A stretch of 32,000 bases of DNA, from contig NZ_CP142525.1 in NCBI RefSeq assembly GCF_051097895.1, positions 2,142,417 through 2,174,416 of the forward strand, in the 5' to 3' direction. The DNA is from Psychrobacter sp. HD31. GTDB lineage: Bacteria > Pseudomonadota > Gammaproteobacteria > Pseudomonadales > Moraxellaceae. Numbering within the stretch: position 1 is the stretch's first letter; the number at the start of each line of letters is the position of its first letter. The notes under the pieces are model-generated. The model searched no databases. It saw nothing but the letters and a program-made list of their open reading frames with translations, and was not told the origin of the DNA. Positions 25,192 to 32,000 of the stretch are shown here, piece after piece. The translations under genes were made by a program, and so were the position numbers.

Positions 25192-26394
25192 ATGAAACAA
25201 GTCGCATTTAAAGGCACAGGTAATGAATATTTTAATATTTGGATAGTCAATATTTTATTGTGTATTGTGACGTTAGGTATTTATTACCCGTGGGCAAAGG
25301 CACGTAATCGCCGTTATTTTTATGCTAATACAGTTTATGAAGGACGTAACTTTGAATACCACGCCACAGGTAAACAATTGTTTTTGGGATATGCCATTGG
25401 TGTTGGTTTATTAATATTAATGTCTGTTTTAAACTCGGTGTTTCCTAGCAGTAATTTGATTACGCCAATTATTTTGTTTATTGGTGTGCCTTGGGTTATT
25501 TGGCGTAGCTTAAAGTTTAATGCCCGTATGACCAGCTTTAGTAATGTGCGTTTTGGCTTTGATGGTAGTTTGGGGCAAGCCTATTTCAATTATTTATTAT
25601 TACCTATTTTAGGTTTTTTGGCTTTTTATTTACCAATTATATTAGGTTTTGTACCCATGTTTTTGGATACCGAAATCGGCATACCTGCTTGGGTTAAAGT
25701 TTTTGCACCTTTTGTAGCAATTTTAGCAATTGTACTCAGTATCTATGTGGCAGGTTTTACTAAAAAGAAAATAACAGACTACGCCATTGGTAAGGCAAAG
25801 TTTGGGCAGGGCAGCTTTAATACGAATGTGACGAGCAAAAAATTTATTTTTATTTTATTAAAAGCAGGCTTGGTTGTTTTTGCGGTGTTTGTTTTGTTGG
25901 CAATTTTAGTTGGCATTATATTTGGTTTAATAATGGGCGGTAGCATGGTAACTGCTATGAGCACCCTAAATCCAGAAGTGATGGCAGAAAATATGGCAGA
26001 CGAGGTTAACCCACTGGTCGGTTTATTGGTACCACTATTGTATTTGGGTTTTATTGCTGCTTCTTTATTTGTGCGTGCTTATTTTTATAGTCGTAATCGC
26101 CGATATATTTATGCCCATACACAGTTAGACAATAAAATTGACTTTAAATCTACGGTCGGTGCTAAGTCATATTTTTGGGTGATATTCAGTAACTTTTTAA
26201 TTACTATTTTTACACTTGGGTTTGGTCGCCCGTGGGCAAAAGTACGTGAAGCCAAATACCTTGCACAAAATACGTGGATAGAGGCAACGGATACAGATAT
26301 TGACAGTTATTTAACCCAAAAACAGGCTGAGCAGTCCGCCATTGGTGAAGAGGTTGGCGATGTTTTTGATGTAGATGTTGGTATTGGCTTATAG
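25192..26394 (+). CDS. YjgN family inner-membrane protein (DUF898).
   Basis: FKGTGNEYFNIWIVNILLCIVTLGIYYPWAKARNRRYFYANT matches the E. coli YjgN N-terminal signature (FHGTGERYF..TLGIY.PWA). A second copy of the motif lies near the C-terminus (SYFWVIFSNFLITIFTLGFGRPWAKVRE). The alternative upstream ATG at 25174 (the track start) lacks a Shine-Dalgarno sequence. Confidence 0.88.
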   Translation: MKQVAFKGTGNEYFNIWIVNILLCIVTLGIYYPWAKARNRRYFYANTVYEGRNFEYHATGKQLFLGYAIGVGLLILMSVLNSVFPSSNLITPIILFIGVPWVIWRSLKFNARMTSFSNVRFGFDGSLGQAYFNYLLLPILGFLAFYLPIILGFVPMFLDTEIGIPAWVKVFAPFVAILAIVLSIYVAGFTKKKITDYAIGKAKFGQGSFNTNVTSKKFIFILLKAGLVVFAVFVLLAILVGIIFGLIMGGSMVTAMSTLNPEVMAENMADEVNPLVGLLVPLLYLGFIAASLFVRAYFYSRNRRYIYAHTQLDNKIDFKSTVGAKSYFWVIFSNFLITIFTLGFGRPWAKVREAKYLAQNTWIEATDTDIDSYLTQKQAEQSAIGEEVGDVFDVDVGIGL

Positions 26395-26463
26395 TTTGTA
26401 GCATGAATGTTTTTAAAAGCTTAAAACATAAAATAATTTAATTTTCAGCACCTTACCATAAAT

Positions 26464-26530
26464 CCTTCCTAATTAGGAGGGGAGTAAAAGCTTCCCCTTA
26501 ATAGAGGGAGGTTGGGCAGGTAGGCGGAGG
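26464..26530 (+). promoter_or_regulatory. Structured purine/pyrimidine-tract leader upstream of the M48 peptidase gene. It can form mutually exclusive hairpins involving SD-like and anti-SD-like tracts.
   Basis: CCTTCCT (26464-70) pairs with AGGAGGG (26475-81) across an AATT loop. Alternatively, AGGGGA (26478-83) pairs with TCCCCT (26493-98). Further SD-like tracts are AGAGGGAGG (26502-10) and GGCGGAGG (26523-30); the latter is the real Shine-Dalgarno sequence, 8 nt before the TTG start. Confidence 0.35.
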
Positions 26531-26538
26531 TAACTGCG

Positions 26539-27741
26539 TTGATTAAAGGAAACTGGTATCCAATTGATAGCTCAAAAAGGTATGATGCTACGCTTTCTTT
26601 AAGTGGCAAAAACTATCGTGTAAATGTGCTAGACCTTGAACAAGGTGAAGGTGAGCAAACTGTTGATAACCGATCTTTGCATACAGGCAAGTGGTCAGAA
26701 GTAAGGGTTAGTAACCGTTTGGGGCAAACCGAGCGTAAGCTAACCTTGGCAGATGGCTCTGTATTTGCCACCTTGGATAACGATGCTGTGGATGCCATTA
26801 TAAAAGATCAAGCAGGTTTTAAAACAGACCTTTGGGTACATAAGCATGAGTCAAAGCTGTCTAGCGTTTTGGTTATGCTTGCATTAACTATCGGCTTTGT
26901 ATCTGCATTTTTTAAATGGGGACTACCGTGGACAAGCCATGCCGTTGCCCATGCTTTACCGCAAAAAACAGGCGAGGTGATTGGTAAACAGTCATTAGAG
27001 TTTATTGATAAGTATTTTTTAGAGTCCACTGAGATTAGTCAAAGTGAGCAGGATAAGATAAAAAAACGATTTGAAACACGGTTAAAGCCGCTTGATGAGC
27101 ATAAAGACATAAACTACACCATACATTTTCGTAAAATGGAGATGGGTGGTGTGAGCGTGCCCAATGCTTTTGCTTTGCCATCTGGTGATTTGGTATTAAC
27201 TGACAAATTTGTGCAGATGAGTGAAAATGATGATGAGATTGACTCGGTTCTATTGCACGAAATGGGGCATGTGGTGCATCGTCATAGTCTTGAGATGTTA
27301 ACTCAGAGCTCGTTAACAACCATGATAGTCATGCTGGCATTGGGCAATCCAGATGGCACAGGCGAGCTAGTCACTGGCTTGGGTACCGCGCTTGTATCTA
27401 ATCATTATTCTCGCGAAAAAGAAACCGAAGCAGATGCATTTGCATTTAAAAAAATGCTTAAAGGTGGTATTAACCCACAAGCATTTGTCAACATTTTAAG
27501 CCGTATGGAAGCTTATGCAAATGATGAAATGACAGACGATAGACAAGAGTCAGATAAAAGTAATGAAGCCAATCATCAGGATGCTCAAAATCATGAAGAC
27601 CAACATAATGAGAATGCTGATGATGACCAAGATGGCAGTGTGACTGACTTTTTCTCCACCCATCCAAGTACGCAAGCGCGTATTGATATGGCAAAAAAAT
27701 ATGGGGCATGTTATCAACAAGGGTTAACGGTGTGTGAGTAA
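26539..27741 (+). CDS. M48 family zinc metallopeptidase (membrane-associated).
   Basis: The start is TTG. An in-frame TAG at 26521 excludes a longer ORF, the next Met is more than 100 codons downstream, and a strong GGAGG Shine-Dalgarno sequence is present. The protein has HEMGH within LLHEMGHVVHRH and a downstream Glu ligand context YSREKETEADAFA. A TM segment reads LSSVLVMLALTIGFVSAFF, and an acidic/His-rich stretch lies near the C-terminus. Confidence 0.88.
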   Translation: MIKGNWYPIDSSKRYDATLSLSGKNYRVNVLDLEQGEGEQTVDNRSLHTGKWSEVRVSNRLGQTERKLTLADGSVFATLDNDAVDAIIKDQAGFKTDLWVHKHESKLSSVLVMLALTIGFVSAFFKWGLPWTSHAVAHALPQKTGEVIGKQSLEFIDKYFLESTEISQSEQDKIKKRFETRLKPLDEHKDINYTIHFRKMEMGGVSVPNAFALPSGDLVLTDKFVQMSENDDEIDSVLLHEMGHVVHRHSLEMLTQSSLTTMIVMLALGNPDGTGELVTGLGTALVSNHYSREKETEADAFAFKKMLKGGINPQAFVNILSRMEAYANDEMTDDRQESDKSNEANHQDAQNHEDQHNENADDDQDGSVTDFFSTHPSTQARIDMAKKYGACYQQGLTVCE

Positions 27742-27823
27742 TCTAGTATCTTAAACACATTACAGAAAACTAAAGGATTATACTGCGACTTAAAGCTGAA
27801 ATTATAATATAAGTGATAAAAAT

Positions 27824-29020
27824 ATGATGGCGACCATTACTATGTTTTTTACAGAATCATTAACCAAATTAGGGCAGTCTTTTTTAACAATTTTTATTGA
27901 GTCTGCACCTTGGTTATTGTTTGGGTTTTTTATTGCTGGTCTTATCAAGGCTTTAATTCCGACAGATTTTTTGCAAAAGCACTTAGGTGATAACAGTGTG
28001 ATGGCCGTGATAAAAGGGGCTTTTATTGGCGCGCCTTTGCCACTTTGTTCATGCGGTGTGATACCAGCCGCTTTGGGTCTGTATCGTTCTGGTGCGTCTA
28101 AGCCCGCTACAACTGCCTTCTTAATTGCGACGCCAGAAACAGGGGCTGATTCAGTATCGGCAACTTATGCTTTGTTAGGACCATTTATGGCAATCATTCG
28201 TCCTATTGCTGCGGTTAGTACGGCAATCGTAGCAGGACTAATGGTACTGTTTTTTGATAAACCAAAATCAATTAGCAACAGGCAACCGCTATCGACCGAT
28301 AAAGATACGAATTCAACAAGTTGCTGTTCGGTTAAAGAAGCGCCTAAACAGAGCAGTTGCTGTAGTAGTGCAAATGACTTAAAACAAAGTGCGCAATCAA
28401 GCTGTTGTGCCAGCAAACAATCTCAATCAACAGAGTCTTCTTCTTGCTGTGATACAAAAACACAAACGCAACCCATTACTTTTGTTACAAAAATAAAATC
28501 AGGATTGAGCTTTGCATTTTTTGATTTATTAAAAGATATTAGTATGTGGTTGCTGATTGGTTTAATCTTGGCTGCTTTTATTTTGGCATTTGTACCACCT
28601 TCGTTTTTAGCTACCTGGGGTGCCAGCCCTTATGCGTATCTTTTAATGGCAATAATCGGTGTGCCTATGTACATTTGCGCTACTAGTAGTACACCAATTG
28701 CAGCTGGGCTTTTATTTGCTGGCGTATCACCTGGGGCTATTTTAGTGTTTTTGTTGGTTGGGCCAGCAACCAACATTGCAACCGTATCGTTAGTAAAACA
28801 AGAGCTAGGTAAAACAAATATGTATGTTTATATCACTAGTATTGCTGTTATGGCATTTGTGTTTGGGGCATTAACAGATTGGTTGTCAGTTACTTTGAAT
28901 ATACAAACGGTCAGCCCAGTGAGCCTAGAACATGCTCATACTGGTTTGATTGCCATTTTATCATCGGTTGTTTTAGCCTTGCTCATTGTAAATGCTTTAT
29001 GGCAAAAGTATGTTCGTTAG
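27824..29020 (+). CDS. Permease of the UPF0718/ArsP_1 type, a SO_0444-like putative Cu/Zn efflux transporter.
   Basis: The polytopic protein carries the conserved GAPLPLCSCGVIPAALGLYRSGAS and ATPETGADS motifs. A central Ser/Gln-rich loop contains four Cys-Cys dyads. Confidence 0.8.
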   Translation: MMATITMFFTESLTKLGQSFLTIFIESAPWLLFGFFIAGLIKALIPTDFLQKHLGDNSVMAVIKGAFIGAPLPLCSCGVIPAALGLYRSGASKPATTAFLIATPETGADSVSATYALLGPFMAIIRPIAAVSTAIVAGLMVLFFDKPKSISNRQPLSTDKDTNSTSCCSVKEAPKQSSCCSSANDLKQSAQSSCCASKQSQSTESSSCCDTKTQTQPITFVTKIKSGLSFAFFDLLKDISMWLLIGLILAAFILAFVPPSFLATWGASPYAYLLMAIIGVPMYICATSSTPIAAGLLFAGVSPGAILVFLLVGPATNIATVSLVKQELGKTNMYVYITSIAVMAFVFGALTDWLSVTLNIQTVSPVSLEHAHTGLIAILSSVVLALLIVNALWQKYVR

Positions 29021-29157
29021 TGGTTAGCGTCAAGCAAGGATAGTTATGGGATGGTTTCACTTTCAATTAACGTTTTAGATCTTTGTTCTTATTGGTTTGT
29101 TCCTATTAATGAGCGTGTGCCTTTTTGACAAAGAATATCGGTTGTTTTGGTAATCCA

Positions 29158-29192
29158 GTAAAAAAGCCACTAACTTTACGGCGGTTAGTGGC
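29158..29192 (-). terminator. Rho-independent terminator of the CYTH/CHAD gene.
   Basis: GCCACTAAC (29166-74) pairs with GTTAGTGGC (29184-92) in a perfect 9-bp stem. The A-run at 29160-65 gives a U-run on the minus-strand RNA. Confidence 0.8.
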
Positions 29193-29213
29193 TCAATCGT
29201 AACGAATTACAAG

Positions 29214-30707
29214 CTACCAAAATTTAGGTGCATTTTTTACCGTTTTTAAGGCGTCGGCACAAATAATGGCAGATTGTTGTTCTCTTGCTAAAAACCATCC
29301 AACTGCAAATAAAGCTTGAGCATCTACTTTTGAGCGTTCTAGATAAAATTCATGACCAACAATATTATCGTTGTAATCTCCCAACACATCTTGGGCAGGT
29401 TCTAAATACTTAATAAATGGTTTGGTGGATTTTTTGTTATATATCGGTGCAGCAAACTCGCAGATATAACGTAAACTTTTTAAGCGTTTGCGCACATCGT
29501 GTTGTGCTTCAAGTTCTAGCTCTGCAAAGTGGCTGCTTGCGGTGGTTATTTTGTTAAACAATTTATCTAAAATTTTAACCAGCCTTGGCTGTGCAGGTTT
29601 TGATTTACCTTCTTCATCGGCATCCGACAGTGCAAACTCTATCAATTCAAGCAGCGTTAGTTGAAAGTCGTTTGCTTGTACGGCATCAATTGGCATAATT
29701 TTAATATCTGTGGACCACTCAACATGTGGGGAGCCTATGTCTTCAAGCATTGGTTGTGTTTTGTGCTTTAATACGTCTCGGTCACGGTATTCGCCAAGTA
29801 AGCTAAAGGTTTGTTTTAGCACTGGCATCCAGTCTGGCTGGATGTTTTGGCTAAAACCATCAAAAAACTTTAAAGCAGTACGCAAACGCCTGATACCAAC
29901 CCTTAGTTGATGAACATGGTTACCATCTTTGCTACCGGCTGCAATGGCACTGGCGTTTGGCATAATCTGTAATAAGCAATTATGAGTGACAGCACGCATA
30001 AACTGGGCACTGCTCATTTTTTTGTGGACTTCTAGACTTTTTAACGCTGCCTTAACAGCGTTGGGATGTTGTTTGCCTGCTAATAATAGGTTACCGCGTT
30101 CGGCCTTGGTAATAGTTGATAGGTTTAGTTTGTAGCGTTTGCACCAAGTTTTGGCGGTTTCGAATAAAAACGCTGCTTGCCCTCTTAGTAGTTCAAGTTC
30201 AATTTCTTGTAAGGGTTGTGCTTGGGTATTGTCTGTACCATGAATAACTTTACCCGTATCAAATGCAACCTCAATCGCTTGCCACTGCTTTTTAATTTGG
30301 CGAGTGGTTCTATCAACATCGGTAATGTATTGGCAAGTGAGATGATTGTTTAATTTATTAATATCAAACTTTTTAAGAATTTTTTCGACGGGTGTGTCAA
30401 TATAAATGGTTAGGTCTGGTTTTAGTTGGTTTTGTGCAATTTGCTGATTGGTAAGTTGGGTATCTAACTTATAGTTGTGTTCTATGCGACTGGCTAACCC
30501 ATCGCCTTTTGCTTTAATGGTTTGAACCCAATCATCGCCTTCTTTACGTATTCTTAAAGCGATGCTGTTTTTTGCTAATATTTGATCTGGTGTATCAAAA
30601 TAATGAGCAGCTAGGTTTTCAGTCATAGAAGACTTGATGTGTGTTTGACGTTTAATTGCGTCTAACTTAGCAACTGGAACAAGGAATTTGAGTTCAATTT
30701 CTTTCAT
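29214..30707 (-). CDS. CYTH and CHAD domain-containing protein (YgiF-like inorganic triphosphatase family).
   Basis: The N-terminus MKEIELKFLVP has the CYTH ExExK motif. The C-terminal half is helical with the CHAD signature HQLRVGIRRLRTALKFF and VRKRLKSLRYICEF. Confidence 0.88.
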   Translation of the reverse strand: MKEIELKFLVPVAKLDAIKRQTHIKSSMTENLAAHYFDTPDQILAKNSIALRIRKEGDDWVQTIKAKGDGLASRIEHNYKLDTQLTNQQIAQNQLKPDLTIYIDTPVEKILKKFDINKLNNHLTCQYITDVDRTTRQIKKQWQAIEVAFDTGKVIHGTDNTQAQPLQEIELELLRGQAAFLFETAKTWCKRYKLNLSTITKAERGNLLLAGKQHPNAVKAALKSLEVHKKMSSAQFMRAVTHNCLLQIMPNASAIAAGSKDGNHVHQLRVGIRRLRTALKFFDGFSQNIQPDWMPVLKQTFSLLGEYRDRDVLKHKTQPMLEDIGSPHVEWSTDIKIMPIDAVQANDFQLTLLELIEFALSDADEEGKSKPAQPRLVKILDKLFNKITTASSHFAELELEAQHDVRKRLKSLRYICEFAAPIYNKKSTKPFIKYLEPAQDVLGDYNDNIVGHEFYLERSKVDAQALFAVGWFLAREQQSAIICADALKTVKNAPKFW

Positions 30708-30849
30708 GAGAGAAGGTATCCATTTTGCACGTGTATGCTAGTTATAGTAACAACTTTAGTTAAAAAGACAAGGGTAATTTATATTACTATCGTGTAATTT
30801 GTTTTTGTCATAATTTTTAATTCAATCTCTACTAATACAGGCGATCAAA

Positions 30850-30886
30850 CAAAAAAACACCCAGCCCAAGGGCTGAGTGTTTTTTG
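30850..30886 (-). terminator. Rho-independent terminator of the isocitrate lyase gene.
   Basis: ACACCCAGCC (30857-66) pairs with GGCTGAGTGT (30871-80), with one mismatch. The A7 run on the plus strand gives U7 on the minus-strand RNA. The T-run on the other side gives the element a bidirectional appearance. Confidence 0.8.
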
Positions 30887-30905
30887 ATAAATAAGTTTAA
30901 ACTTA

Positions 30906-32000
30906 TTAGAACTGGTTAGAAGTGTTTTTCGCACCGCCAGCTTTAAGCGCTTGGTCACCAGCAAAGAATTCTTTGTGGTCATCACCAAGGTCAGAACCCG
31001 CCATACGTTGGTGTTTAACACAAGCAACGCCTTTACGGATTTCTTGACGCTGTACGCCGCCAACATAAGCCAACATACCTTCGTCACCAAAGTAACCTTT
31101 AGAAAGGTCGTTCATGTGTAGGGCAGTCGTGTGGTAAGTAGGTAGTGTAATCAAGTGGTGGAATACACCTGCTTCACGCGACGCATCTGCTTGGAAAGTA
31201 CGGATTTTTTCATCAGCATCTTTAGATAGCTCAGAATCATCATACTTAGCATTCATTAAGTCATCACGGTCGTAACCAGATAGGTCTTTACCTGCTTTTT
31301 CCCAACGGTCATAAGCTTGCTGACGGAAGTTTAATGTCCAGTTGAAGCTTGGAGAGTTGTTGTAAACAAGTTTTGCGTTTGGTACAACTTCTTTAACACG
31401 GTTAACCATTGCAGCAATACCTTCTACATCTGGTGTTGGTGTTTCAATCCAAAGAAGGTCAGCACCTGCTTGTAGGCTAGAGATACAGTCAAGTACAACA
31501 CGGTCAATGTTAGTACCTTTACGGAACTCATATAGACCAGAAGCAAGGCGAGTTGGACGATGTAGCTTGCCATCACGCTTGATTAGAACTTCGTCTTCTT
31601 TCACGTCTGCAATGTCAACTTCTTCAGTGTTTAGGAAGCTAATGTATTGAGAAGCTAAATCGCCTGGTTCGTTAGATACAGGGATAGTTTGAGTTAGACC
31701 AGCACCTTCAGAGTCAGTACGTGCAACGATAACACCATCGTCAACACCTAGTTCTAGGAATGCATAACGTAATGCGTTGATTTTTGCATGGAACTCTTCA
31801 TGTGGTACAGTTACTTTACCATCTTGGTGACCACACTGTTTAACGTCAGATACTTGGTTCTCAATCTGTAGGGCACAAGCACCCGCTTCAATCATTTTCT
31901 TACCTAATAGGTAAGTTGCTTCTGGGTTACCAAAGCCTGCATCGATATCAGCGATAACTGGAACAACATGAGTTTCAAAGTTGTCGATTTCTGCTTGTAC
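30906..32000 (-). CDS. aceA: Isocitrate lyase. The N-terminus lies beyond the right window edge.
   Basis: The frame stays open upstream of the track Met (31895) to the window edge and encodes ..THVVPVIADIDAGFGNPEATYLLGKKMIEAG... The active-site context is QVSDVKQCGHQDGKV. The protein resembles the Pseudomonas/Acinetobacter-type long ICL. Confidence 0.92.
   Translation of the reverse strand, partial: VQAEIDNFETHVVPVIADIDAGFGNPEATYLLGKKMIEAGACALQIENQVSDVKQCGHQDGKVTVPHEEFHAKINALRYAFLELGVDDGVIVARTDSEGAGLTQTIPVSNEPGDLASQYISFLNTEEVDIADVKEDEVLIKRDGKLHRPTRLASGLYEFRKGTNIDRVVLDCISSLQAGADLLWIETPTPDVEGIAAMVNRVKEVVPNAKLVYNNSPSFNWTLNFRQQAYDRWEKAGKDLSGYDRDDLMNAKYDDSELSKDADEKIRTFQADASREAGVFHHLITLPTYHTTALHMNDLSKGYFGDEGMLAYVGGVQRQEIRKGVACVKHQRMAGSDLGDDHKEFFAGDQALKAGGAKNTSNQF

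Noticed and set aside
9438-32000. A search for mobile elements, genomic-island borders, and defence or toxin-antitoxin systems in the non-adhesin part of the window.
   Set aside because: No transposase, integrase, recombinase, nuclease, ATPase-type defence or small toxin/antitoxin-like gene pairs were recognisable. Genes are bounded by ordinary terminators, and the content is housekeeping-like.

Overview
This window reads as an AT-rich gammaproteobacterial chromosome segment, probably Moraxellaceae-like. That guess rests only on protein sequence flavour, since no database search was possible. The first 9.4 kb is the 3' part of one giant trimeric autotransporter adhesin (TAA) gene that runs off the left edge. 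It has at least four head/neck modules, a long repetitive stalk and a canonical YadA-type C-terminal anchor. As written, the gene is broken by a 2-nt deletion at 6460/6461, inside a near-perfect 519-bp x ~3.5 tandem array. The rest looks like core or housekeeping content:
- a BtuB-like TonB-dependent receptor and a sodium:alanine symporter
- a LemA-TPM-TPM module, a small membrane protein and tRNA-Arg(CCG)
- an RND efflux pair (adaptor plus pump, with no outer-membrane factor or regulator)
- an ABC-2 ATPase and permease, and QueF
- a signal-peptide-less YkuD protein and a YjgN(DUF898)/M48 peptidase pair
- a Cys-dyad-rich SO_0444-like permease, a CYTH-CHAD protein, and isocitrate lyase running off the right edge

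I found no transposase, integrase, CRISPR array or recognisable defence or toxin system. The most interesting signals are the frameshifted, recombination-prone adhesin and a few poorly characterised conserved modules and leader structures. I cannot honestly claim a clearly novel multi-gene system here. All family assignments rest on motif recognition by eye.
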